A stretch of DNA of 64,000 bases from the NCBI GenBank assembly GCA_964016885.1, contig OZ024764.1, forward strand, positions 23,560,001-23,624,000, in the 5' to 3' direction. The notes beneath the pieces are model-generated. The model saw only the letters and a list, made by a program, of their open reading frames with translations, was not told the origin of the DNA and ran no database searches. Below, piece by piece: positions 52,269-64,000 of this stretch. The translations under genes and the position numbers were made by a program. Origin of the DNA: Eledone cirrhosa. Lineage: Eukaryota. Position 1 is the first letter of the stretch, and every line of letters starts with the position of its first letter.

Positions 52269-53830
52269 AGATATATATATATATATATAAATGAAGAATA
52301 TAGAAATTATTGTAGCAAAAAGCCAACAGTATTCCATTATATATATGTATATATGTATATATAGTATAAAAGAGAAAACACAGGTAAGCATTAAGAGAAG
52401 GATTTTATCCAGGTATTTACGACCGTTTCATTGGTAAGTGCAACCTTATATTTCTATCCTGCAAATAACAGCCACTCAATTATAATTGTTGTTCACTGTC
52501 CAAATTTTCAAAATAGTAAGTTACTCTTGAAATAATTCTTAATATATAGAGAAAAACATTTATTTGGAATTGTATTTACTAGTATAGAGAGAGAGGAATC
52601 AGAAGGTGAGGGGACAGACGGAATAGTATAGAGAGAGAGGAAGGGGGAAGAGGTAGGAAGTAGAGTGACAAACTGAGATGGAGGGAGGGGTAGAGGTGGA
52701 AGGATTCTTTGGTCAGTTTTGACAGCAGACTTCATGTCGTGGAATGTAGTGAGTTAAAGAGAATTAAATTGATCATTTTTGGAGGGATGGATATATATAT
52801 ATATAGTTAAATATTAGACAGGAACAAAAAACAGGCAGTGCAAATGGTAGTTTATACCGAGAGAGAGACAGACAAACACATCTATACCCCTACTACGGTA
52901 AAACAAAACATATGTAAGGGGAGACAACTCTCGTTACATCCCCCCTTCTTTTTGATATACGTCCTTTATATACTTTGTTCAATGGAATCTGCTTTATTTT
53001 GTGTCCTAAGTAGATTTCTGTTTAATTATTTACGAGATTCACAATGATTCACGTAACCAAGTTACTTACATAGAGATATATTTCACATAGAATCACAAAA
53101 AATGAAAATATTAAGTCAACACTCTGTCAATCAGTCTCACATCACATGGGGTGCTGGAGTCTCCCTCTAATACTTTCTGAGACAGTCTTACCTCGAGTGA
53201 TAGCAAGGCTAAGATGTTGGAACTACCAAACAGCCTCATATGTATCATCTGACACCTCGGTAAGGAGAGCTGCCAACGATAACAAGAACCTCGTTGTCAG
53301 GGACCTATCTCCTCCAAACTTCTCCAACACCACAGACTAGAATATTCTACTCTTTATTCCCTATCAAATATATTTCAGTCTAGTCATTTGTCTTGTATCT
53401 TGTATATATATTTTCAAAACTAACTGTCACATTTGTGAGACCCCAGTTAGTGATGTTTTTCTCTCCCTCCCACATCCTACATGCTGTAGTAAAAGTGAGG
53501 GTCACTGCTTCTGTAGACGAACGAAATAAAAGTTAAACTACCAGTAATTATCGGCAAAGTATTTATTCCAGTCTGTGATGTTTGAGAAGCTGGGCTGCTG
53601 ACAACGAAGTTGTTGTCACTGTTGGCGGCTGGCTTTACCGAAGTACCCGATGACTCTTGTGAGGGTACTTAGATGTTCTGTCGGTTTAGCCTCCACGTGA
53701 CCCGATCTTACCGAGATACCCGGTGATCTCTGTAAGAGTACTTAGCTGTTCTATTTTAATTACATTTACTGATTTCAACTTTCATTTTCTTCATTACAAA
53801 CTTTACATAATTTAATTCGGTAAAAATATT

Positions 53831-53976
53831 TTTACGTCACAAAAAAACTTGACCTTTGACATTGAAGCATGCGCAGTGGTCCAGTTGTCGACTTCCTGTC
53901 CACGTGTTAGTCTTCCTACAACATCATTTAGAAAACATTTCTGTAATTACTAAACACCTGAGACTATAATGTAAGT
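53831..53976 (+). promoter_or_regulatory. Putative promoter, non-coding exon 1 and donor of ZNF copy 4
   Basis: TTACGTCA, GCATGCGCA 53867, ACTTCCTG 53891, CACGTG 53901, GTAAGT 53971. Confidence 0.65.
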
Positions 53977-54899
53977 ATTATGTCTATTAATATTGTAGAT
54001 TTAAGCTCACTTTTCACATCACAAATATATATTTTCTTGTTTGTTTCATTACTGGAAATATAAAATGTTATCGTAATTATCTATATTTTACCTACCTCTA
54101 ATTAATTAAAGTGAAAACTTTTGTTGTTGCTGAAAAATAAATTAATAAAACTAAATATTTAAATATTCTAAAGGTCGTTTTTATAGTATGTGATGATATA
54201 ATTAATATATTTTATTACAATTGTATAAATTTACAGTAGAATAACGTTGTAAATATGTTTTAAATATATACATAAATAACATAAGTGTGTAAATAACATT
54301 ATAAATTGCTGGCAATTCCTTGAGAAAGACATTACAAATATATTGTCTAAACTGTGTATAATAATATAATTTATTGAACAATAATGATAAAGGAAAGAAA
54401 AACACAGTGGGAGATGGCAATTGACCACCAAACGAGGTAAACATTTTCAACTTTCCCCTTTTTTTGCTTTGTCCGAGACAACTCAAAATATTCTTCAAGG
54501 AACTGGATTTTCCATTCGGTTGGATCGAACGGATTTTACCATTTATAATCTACGGAGAGGAATAACAGATGTTCGGAGGAAAAAAGAATTGTTTGTGGCA
54601 ACAACGTAGGGAACCAACCTGGAGCAATTGTATCACACAATTATACTTTCCTCCTTAACATACACTTACAATTTTTCAAAATCAAACCCCCCAAATATAA
54701 AATATAAATAATTATAAATGGCGAGGAACCATCCCATCTCCCTCTTGAAATAACCTGAATCTATTTATAGTCAGGTGTGACTGAAAGGTCAATCCATACT
54801 TCCATTCTATTTCACAGAATTAGAAGCTTTGACCACTTTATAGAATTCAGGTCCAGTAATGTAATCACTCCGTAATTGTAAACATCTTGTATCACTATC

Positions 54900-57598
54900 A
54901 TTCAGGTTTTGATTTTACTTAAGTCTTGCCCATGTTTTTTTTTTTTTCCTTTTTTTTTTACACAAACTCACAATTTCGGTTTTTACTGCGGATTTACCCA
55001 TGCGAACTATTACACAAACTCACAGCCTTAGATTTTGTATTTCTAGCGTTTTTATTTTCCTTCTCTTTGTATGTTCAGTGCTCTTTCTCTCCCACTGTAT
55101 TTATCTGCCTCTCACATGACCACACTCCTCTCCACGCACTCATCATCTTCTCACTCCTTCTACACCTTCCATCCCTCCCCTTGCTCAACCCTTACTTCCT
55201 CCTCGCGCACAGCCCACCTAGGTATTCGTTCAACCCGCCGGTGGCCCGATGTTTCGACCGAACTATCACCGGCGATTGCCGATTGCTAAAGTTGCCACCA
55301 CTTTAACCTAGTCCACTCTAGGTGGGGGTGGCATGCGTCGAACGACCAAGAGACTTGCTTGGTGGAACGACTAATGTGACAACCGGTCAGCCTTCGACCT
55401 CTCATTCTCCACCAACTGCAGCACGCACGAGAGGAGCTAACTTGACCCCACCTACCTCTCCTCTCCTTCACGGCAGATTCCGAACGAATCCAACCCGTCC
55501 AACCACACCACCCCTACAACTGTTAGCTCACCACACAACCTCCGCTTTACTCCCACCGTTAGAACCACTGCTGTCTCCTTTACTGACTCACTCCCTTCAC
55601 CGAATTCCAACGCTGGCCCTCTACTGCCGGCTGTTGCCAGCCCGCCACCTGATTGCGCCCTCTGTGCCCGCACTAACCAGTACTTAAAGACAATTAAATG
55701 TCACCTATGCCACGCAAGCTACCACAGAAGCTGTGTCGGCATCACCAAAGCTCAAGCTAAAAGGCTTCAACACTGGACCTGTCATCGGTGCCACTTCAGC
55801 TCTGACTATTCCGTGGGGATGACCAACACTCTACCGACGACTTTGCCACAGTGATGTGTGGCTGCTGTCCACGCTGCCAGAACATTTGCCAACTTGCCCT
55901 CCTCATCCCCCAAGGTCATCCTCAAACTTGACCTCAGGAATGCCTTCAACTCCGTCAGCCGCAACATCGTCCTCGGCTCAGTAAGAGAGAGGGTCCCACA
56001 ACTCTACCACTTTGCTTGGCAGGCTTATCGGGAGCCCTCCTACCTCTCTTTCAGTAACCAGATCATCACCTCTGCCTCAGGAGTCCAACAGGGTGACCCA
56101 CTCGGACCCCCCCCCCCCCCGCACTGGACATTGATGACGTCACCAAGATGGGGCTGAGTTGGACCTCAATGTCTGGTAGCTCGACGATGCCTGTTTGGGG
56201 GGAACTCCGGATATGGTTCTCGCCACTGCCAACAGGATGGTGGAGGAGCTTGGCGCCTGGGTCTCCAGATCAATAGCTCCAGATGTGAGCTCTGGATCCT
56301 CAACCACCCGGCTTCTTAACACCAACAGCTGATCGACCTGTTCGCAGAGTCCTTCCCTTCCATCACGGTCCCTCCCCCGTCAGCTTGGTGCTCCTTAGGA
56401 GCCCCAATCATAGACCTGGCCTTCGAGTCAACCATCCAATCGAAGATGGTTGGCCTTGAGCAGCTGCTGAGGAATATTGAAGATATCGAACCCCATCAAG
56501 GTTTCTTCTTACTCAGGAACTACCTGTCTATTCCTAAGCTTCTGTATCTACTCAGGGTCAGCCCCTCTCACAGATTTCCATCCTGCCTCCAACGCTTCGA
56601 CGACCTAATCTTAGAGAGACTCGAGTGTCTGGTCAATGTTAGTAAGTGTTCGTCCCTCTCTCTCCCCTGCTTCCTTTCCTCCACCCAAGCTTGCAGCATC
56701 CTCTCCTCTCCAACATGGACTAGTTCCAACAGGGAGTTGTGTGAAGCTCTCCAGCAATGGAATGAGTTGGGCTTGTCTCTTCCTGAGAAGGTGGAGGACA
56801 GTCGAAGTCAGAGAACTTGGGACAGGATACGTTGCAATGCCACCTTCGACTCCCTCTTCGTCCTCTCAGATCAGTCTGCAAGGTGCCGCTTACCATCTGC
56901 CAGCGCCAAATACTCCGGTGACTGGGTCGATGCCTTACCCGTGGCCAACGTTGGAGGCCTACTCAGCCTGGATGAACTTCGTGTCTCCATCACCCTCAGA
57001 GTGGGAGCTGACGTCTGCATGGGTTTGAGATGTGGCTAACTCCTCGACTCCACAGGCCTCCACGGTCTTTCTTGCCGCCTGAATGCCGGCCACTTTGCCC
57101 GTCACACGGAGCTAAACTTTATTCTGAAGAGAGCTTTGGCCCGGGCAAACATCCCCTCGGTCTTGGAACCATCTGGGTTGTCCAGAAGTGACGGCAAAAG
57201 ACCTGATGGCCTTACCATGTGGCCCTGGTGGAGAGGCAGGTGCCTAATCTGGGACGTCACTGTTAGTGACTCCTTTGCTCTTTCCCACATCCTTGATGCT
57301 GCGGTATGGACGAGAGCCACAGCTTCGGCAGCCGAGCGGAGTAAGACCCTCAAATACTCTGATCTGTCGGCCAGCTACATTTTTCAGCCTGTGGCTTTCG
57401 AGACGTTTGGGGGAGTCGGGCCGCTGACTGCGAGGTTCCTTTCTTGTGTGCTGGCTTGCCTCAAAACTCATTAGAGAGGTTTTCCAGTACCCCTCGTTGC
57501 TGTCTTTTGCTCTGGTGTTGGCTCCGTTGTCCACCCCTTCCTTTACATTTTCTTTAATATTGCAACATTGAAGGAATTTATCTTTCATTGTATCATCC
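54900..57598 (+). mobile_element. Decayed CRE-clade-like non-LTR retrotransposon (PHD, RT, restriction-like endonuclease)
   Basis: PHD at 55654-55791. RT motifs AAVHAAR..LKLDLRNAFNSVSR..GVQQGDPLGP. RLE motifs RH..LN, DGKRPDG..WDVT..K.LKY..FQPVAFETFG. Both ends are approximate. Confidence 0.82.
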
Positions 57599-57630
57599 TT
57601 TATCTACAAATCTAGTCGTTTCCTGCTACT

Positions 57631-58255
57631 TTGTTCCCTGGGGTATGCCTTAGTATTTGACACCATCTATCTGTCTTACTCCCTAACTAGAAAGAAGTCA
57701 ATCTGTCTCATGTGCTCACCTGATTGGTAGGTTATTAGGTGGTTGGTAGGTTTCTTGAAGTGTTGCAAATGGTTAGTTCACTTGCATCAGAAAATACAAG
57801 AAGCCTCACTCCTCCTTCATTTCTTGAGCCATAACCATGACCACCATGTACCCCAGTGTATCCATCCTGGAGCTGTCCAACATGACCATGGTAGTCCCCT
57901 GCTATTATAATTAGGTCTCTGTCATTGTGGTTATCTCTACTTATTCCTTTTCTACATATGGAGCAGGGCCACTTTCCTGAAGGTGTCAGGGTCTTCTCTC
58001 CTATCCATTTTAGTTTTGGCTAAGTATATTCTCAGAACTTACCATTTCAAATTCTATATCTATAGCTGGTCATCTACATAGAGAAGTTTCCATAGACAGC
58101 CAGTCTTAAACCTCTCTGTTATGGCTTGGAGAACTATGATGAACAACAGTGGGCTAAGAACTAAACCATGATGAACTCCTACCTGTACCTTCAATTCCTC
58201 ACTAAACACACTTTACTGACAGCTTCTCACAAGCCATTCTTCTACACCTAATATC
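57631..58255 (-). mobile_element. Remnant of the antisense RTE block (equivalent to 6123-6750)
   Basis: Direct homology to cassette 1 after a deletion junction. Confidence 0.8.
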
Positions 58256-58466
58256 TATAACCCTTTAGTATATAAACTGGCCATATCTGGCCAGAATTCT
58301 CCCACATCTTTCTGTTCAAACTGGCCGTAATTGGTCACTTATACTTATGTTAAGGTATTGTTCTCAAAATAAATAACATGAAAATCTCAGATTTGACATT
58401 ATGAGAGATAAAGCATTTACTGTGAAAATATAATAGTAAATATAGAGTAATGTGAATACTAAAGGG

Positions 58467-61400
58467 TTAATCTAATGTCACTAATAACTACTTTTATCAG
58501 TCAGTTTAATCTAATGTCACTAATAACTACTTTTATCAGTCAGTTTAATCTAATCTCACTAATAACTACTTTTATCAGTCAGTTTAATCTAATGTCACTA
58601 ATAACTACTTTTATCAGTCAGTATAATCTAATGTCACTAATAACTACTTTTATCAGTCAGTATAATCTAATGTCACTAATAACTACTTTTATCAGTCAGT
58701 TTAATCTAATGTCACTAATAACTACTTTTATCAGTCAGTTTAATCTAATGGCACTAATAACTACTTTTATCAGTCAGTTTAATCTAATGTCACTAATAAC
58801 TACTTTTATCTGTCAGTTTAATCTAATGTCACTAATAACTACTTTTATCAGTCAGTATAATCTAATGTAATAACTACTTTTATCAGTCAGTTTAATCTAA
58901 TGTCACTAATAACTACTTTTATCAGTGAGTATAATCTAATGTCACTAATAACTACTTTTATCAGTCAGTATAATCTAACGTCACTAATAACTACTTTTAT
59001 CAGTCAGTTTAATCTAATGTCACTAATAACTACTTTTATCAGTCAGTATAATCTAAAGTCACTAATAACTACTTTTATCAGTCAGTTTAATCTAAAGTCA
59101 CTAATAACTACTTTTATCAGTCAGTTTAATCTAATGTCACTAATAACTACTTTTATCAGTCAGTATAATCTAATGTCACTAATAACTACTTTTATCAGTC
59201 AGTTTAATCTAATGTCACTAATAACTACTTTTATCAGTCAGTATAATCTAATGTCACTAATAACTACTTTTATCTGTCTGTATAATCTAATCTCAGTAAT
59301 AACTACTTTTATCAGTCAGTTTAATCTAAAGTCACTAATAACTACTTTTATCAGTCAGTTTAATCTAATGTCACTAATAACTACTTTTATCAGTCAGTAT
59401 AATCTAATGTCACTAATAACTACTTTTATCAGTCAGTTTAATCTAATGTCACTAATAACTACTTTTATCTGTCAGTATAATCTAATGTCACTAATAACTA
59501 CTTTTATCAGTCAGTATAATCTAATGTCACTAATAACTACTTTTATCTGTCAGTATAATCTAATGTCACTAATAACTACTTTTATCTGTCAGTATAATCT
59601 AATGTCACTAATAACTACTTTTATCTGTCAGTATAATCTAATGTCACTAATAACTACTTTTATCAGTCAGTATAATCTAATGTCACTAATAACTACTTTT
59701 ATCTGTCAGTATAATCTAACGTCACTAATAACTAATTTTATCTGTCAGTATAATCTAGTGTCACTAATAACTACTTTTATCAGTCAGTATAATCTAATGT
59801 CACTAATAACTACTTTTATCAGTCAGTTTAATCTAAAGTCACTAATAACTACTTTTATCAGTCAGTTTAATCTAATGTCACTAATAACTACTTTTATCTG
59901 TCAGTTTAATCTAATGTCACTAATAACTACTTTTATCAGTCAGTATAATCTAATGTCACTAATAACTACTTTTATCTGTCAGTATAATCTAATGTCACTA
60001 ATAACTACTTTTATCAGTCAGTATAATCTAATGTCACTAATAACTACTTTTATCTGTCAGTTTAATCTAAAGTCACTAATAACTACTTTTATCAGTCAGT
60101 TTAATCTAAAGTCACTAATAACTACTTTTTATCAGTCAGTATAATCTAATGTCACTAATAACTACTTTTATCGGTCAGTTTAATCTAATGTCACTAATAA
60201 CTACTTTTAGCAGTCAGTATAATCTAATGCCACTAATAACTACTTTTATCAGTCAGTTTAATCTAATGTCACTAATAACTACTTTTATCAGTCAGTATAA
60301 TCTAATGTCACTAATAACTACTTTTATCAGTCAGTTTAATCTAATGTCACTAATAACTACTTTTATCAGTCAGTTTAATCTAATCTCACTAATAACTACT
60401 TTTATCAGTCAGTTTAATCTAATGTCACTAATAACTACTTTTATCAGTCAGCATAATCTAATGTCACTAATAACTACTTTTATCAGTCAGTATAATCTAA
60501 TGTCACTAATAACTACTTTTATCAGTCAGTATAATCTAACGTCACTAATAACTACTTTTATCAGTCAGTATAACCTAACGTCACTAATAACTACTTTTAT
60601 CAGTCAGTTTAATCTAATGTCACTAATAACTACTTTTATCAGTCAGTATAATCTAACGTCACTAATAACTACTTTTATCAGTCAGTATAATCTAATGTCA
60701 CTAATAACTACTTTTATCAGTCAGTATAATCTAACGTCACTAATAACTACTTTTATCAGTCAGTTTAATCTAATGTCACTAATAACTACTTTTATCAGTC
60801 AGTATAATCTAAAGTCACTAATAACTACTTTTATCAGTCAGTTTAATCTAATGTCACTAATAACTACTTTTATCAGTCAGTTTAATCTAATGTCACTAAT
60901 AACTACTTTTATCTGTCAGTTTAATCTAATCTCACTAATAACTACTTTTATCAGTCAGTATAATCTAATGTCACTAATAACTACTTTTATCTGTCAGTTT
61001 AATCTAATCTCACTAATAACTACTTTTATCAGTCAGTATAATCTAATGTCACTAATAACTACTTTTACAGTCAGTTTAATCTAATGTCACTAATAACTAC
61101 TTTTATCAGTCAGTATAATCTAAAGTCACTAATAACTACTTTTATCAGTCAGTTTAATCTAATCTCACTAATAACTACTTTTATCAGTCAGTTTAATCTA
61201 CTGCCACTAATAACTACTTTTATCAGTCAGTTTAATCTAATGTCACTAATAACTACTTTTATCAGTCAGTATAATCTAATGTCACTAATAACTACTTTTA
61301 TCTGTCAGTTTAATCTAAAGTCACTAATAACTACTTTTATCAGTCAGTATAATCTAATGTCACTAATAACTACTTTTATCAGTCAGTTTAATCTAATGTC

Positions 61401-61648
61401 ACTAATAACTACTTTTATCAGTCAGTTTAATCTAATGTCACTAATAACTACTTTTATCAGTCAGTTTAATCTAATGTCACTAATAACTACTTTTATCTGT
61501 CAGTTTAATCTAATGTCACTAATAACTACTTTTATCAGTCAGTTTAATCTAATGTCACTAATAACTACTTTTATCAGTCAGTATAATCTACTGTCACTAA
61601 TAACTACTTTTATCAGTCAGTTTAATCTACTACCACTAATAACTAACC
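58467..61648 (+). repeat. 39-bp satellite, about 81 units (3.2 kb)
   Basis: Same unit and flanks as 6964-7497. Source of the MSLITTFISQFNL ORFs. Confidence 0.98.
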
Positions 61649-62393
61649 TATGTTAGGCAGCACATTCTTCACCAAGGAAGGCCTTAGTATTTATTACAGT
61701 CCATTTATCAATATAACTAAATTTCTCAGTATTAAGCTGCTCTTTGGAACATAATTTTGCACAATTTCATGAAGTTACAATGGAAAGTTTTTAGATAAAT
61801 ATAAAGACTGGTATGAAAAGGATAAAACACTTTTATATCAGTTGTTTCATCAACACTATTATTTAAAGATTAAAGGAAGCTGTTATACAGAACAGATACA
61901 ACCTTGTTTATATAAATCTATGGGAGAAATACTGTGAAATATTTCTTGTAAACTCAATAACCCTTCTATTCTTTGCTGTCTGGAATATGTAGAAGATACA
62001 AAATAAAGCAGAAGAAATTTACACATGATTTTGTAAGATCTTCATATATTGACAAAGATGATAGTAGATGGAACTACAGGAGTAGAAATATTTCCATTAT
62101 TACAGGAATAACTAATCAAATAAAAACCAGAAAAATTAGATTCTTCACTGTCTGGAATATGTACAAGATGATTTTATATGTATATTAAACTTGAAGACAT
62201 CTACAAAACAGTTTGTATCATCTTTAAATATAAAGAAAGACCAAAGTTGATGGAAATATATCTGGAGGAATATGTTTTAGGAATAATATTATAAATATAA
62301 AGAAGAGAAATATCCATATATTGACTGAAGAAAAATATTAAAACTGTGAATTATGTGAGAAACTGAGGTCATTGATATCTTTTAGTAGGAGTT

Positions 62394-64000
62394 ATGTCGA
62401 AAAATATAGTAAAATCACCATTCCACTGTGATATCTGTGGTAAATCATTCTCTCGTAGTAATCACCTAACTACTCACAAACGTATTCATACAGGAGAGAA
62501 GCCTTATAAGTGTGATATCTGTAACAAATCATTCAGTCACAGTAGTAGCGTCAGAGTTCACAAACGTATTCATACAGGAGAAGAGCCATTCCACTGTGAC
62601 ATCTGTAGTAAATCATTCTCTTGCAGAGATAGCTTAACTGATCACAAACGTATTCATACAGGAGAGAAGCCACATCACTGTGACATCTGTGGTAAATCAT
62701 TCTCTTGCAGAGATAGCTTAACTACTCACAAACGTATTCATACAGGAGAGAAGCCATATCACTGTGATATCTGCGGTAAATCATTCGCTGACAGAAGTTG
62801 CTTAGCTACCCACAGACGTACTCATACAGGAGAGAAGCCATATCACTGTGACATCTGCGGTAATTCATTCTCTCAGAGCAATCACCTAACTACTCACAAA
62901 CGTATTCATACAGGAGAGAAGACATATCAGTGTGACATCTGTGGTAATTCATTCTCTCGTAGTGATAACCTAACTACTCACAAACGTACTCATACGGGAG
63001 ACAAACCATATCACTGTGACATCTGTGGTAAATCATTTGCTGACAGAAGTTGCTTAGCTACCCACAGACGTACTCATACAGGAGAGAAGCCATATCACTG
63101 TGACATCTGCGGTAATTCATTCTCTCGTAGTAATAACCTAACTACTCACAAACGTATTCATACAGGAGAGAAGACATATCAGTGTGACATCTGTGGTAAT
63201 TCATTCTCTCATAGTAATAACCTAACTACTCACAAACGTACTCATACAGGAGAGAAGCCATATCACTGTGACATCTGTGGTAAATCATTCTCTCGTAATC
63301 ACCTAACTCTCCACAAACGTACTCATACAGGAGAGAAGCCATATCACTGTGACATCTGTGGTAAATCATTCTCTCATAGTAATCTCCTAACTATCCACAA
63401 ACGTACTCATACAGGAGAGAAGCCATATCACTGTGACATCTGTGGTAAATCATTCTCTCAAAGTAATCACCTAACTCTCCACAAACGTACTCATACAGGA
63501 GAGAAGCCATATCACTGTGACATCTGTGGTAAATCATTCTCTCGTAGTAATCACCTAACTATCCACAAACGTACTCATACAGGAGAGAAGCCATATCACT
63601 GTGACATCTGTGGTAAATCATTCTCTCATAGTAATCTCCTAACTATCCACAAACGTACTCATACAGGAGAGAAGCCATATCACTGTGACATCTGTGGTAA
63701 ATCATTCTCTCAAAGTAATCACCTAACTCTCCACAAACGTACTCATACAGGAGAGAAGCCATATCACTGTGACATCTGTGGTAAATCATTCTCTCGTAGT
63801 AATCACCTAACTATCCACAAACGTACTCATACAGGAGAGAAGCCATATCACTGTGACATCTGTGGTAAATCATTCTCTCATAGTAATCACCTAACTCTCC
63901 ACAAACGTACTCATACAGGAGAGAAGCCATATCACTGTGACATCTGTGGTAAATCATTCTCTCGTAGTAATCACCTAACTATCCACAAACGTACTCATAC
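62394..64000 (+). CDS. Poly-C2H2 zinc-finger protein copy 4, at least 19 fingers, open to the window end
   Basis: ATG 62394 [17 protein letters not shown]. Hand-translated with no stop to 64000, which is why it is missing from the ORF track. Confidence 0.9.
   Translation, partial: MSKNIVKSPFHCDICGKSFSRSNHLTTHKRIHTGEKPYKCDICNKSFSHSSSVRVHKRIHTGEEPFHCDICSKSFSCRDSLTDHKRIHTGEKPHHCDICGKSFSCRDSLTTHKRIHTGEKPYHCDICGKSFADRSCLATHRRTHTGEKPYHCDICGNSFSQSNHLTTHKRIHTGEKTYQCDICGNSFSRSDNLTTHKRTHTGDKPYHCDICGKSFADRSCLATHRRTHTGEKPYHCDICGNSFSRSNNLTTHKRIHTGEKTYQCDICGNSFSHSNNLTTHKRTHTGEKPYHCDICGKSFSRNHLTLHKRTHTGEKPYHCDICGKSFSHSNLLTIHKRTHTGEKPYHCDICGKSFSQSNHLTLHKRTHTGEKPYHCDICGKSFSRSNHLTIHKRTHTGEKPYHCDICGKSFSHSNLLTIHKRTHTGEKPYHCDICGKSFSQSNHLTLHKRTHTGEKPYHCDICGKSFSRSNHLTIHKRTHTGEKPYHCDICGKSFSHSNHLTLHKRTHTGEKPYHCDICGKSFSRSNHLTIHKRTH

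Noticed and set aside
52330-52790. Possible Penelope-like RT remnant on the minus strand
   Set aside because: Only a faint NSLH..MK..ILP resemblance, too weak to call without a search.
58467-61648. CRISPR-like array
   Set aside because: Units are contiguous with no unique spacers, there are no cas genes, and the context is eukaryotic.
58475-61656. Long ORFs of repeated MSLITTFISQFNL (also 6972-7505)
   Set aside because: A 39-bp unit is 13 codons that happen to lack a stop in one frame. The array has frameshifts, varies from 0 to about 81 units and lies in an inferred intron. There is no support for a protein.

Overview
This is AT-rich animal genomic DNA, most likely octopus. That call is an inference from the HCDICGKSF...HTGEKPY finger style, the (GAT)n-tailed RTE LINEs and the tRNA-derived SINEs. 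The window is a head-to-tail array of four copies of a 16-20 kb cassette. Each cassette carries one + strand poly-C2H2 zinc-finger gene with no effector domain (ATGs at 8456, 23448, 42906, 62394; about 23 fingers frameshifted, 14, 7, and at least 19 running off the window). Each gene appears to have a compact CRE/NRF1/ETS/E-box promoter (copy 1's lies before the window), a short non-coding exon 1, a TE-filled intron and one coding exon. Copies 1-3 also show a polyA signal and a decayed older ZNF exon downstream. The copies differ by independent TE insertions (RTE LINEs with a PHD finger inside the RT, CR1, a PHD-bearing CRE-type RLE retroelement, hAT, Tigger, MITEs, SINEs), by microhomology-bounded deletions and by copy number of four minisatellites. 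One 39-bp intronic satellite ranges from 0 to about 81 units. Non-autonomous Helitrons flank the coding exon in opposite orientations in copies 1-3. No prokaryotic features, rRNA, true tRNA or CRISPR were found. All coordinates and comparisons were read by eye.
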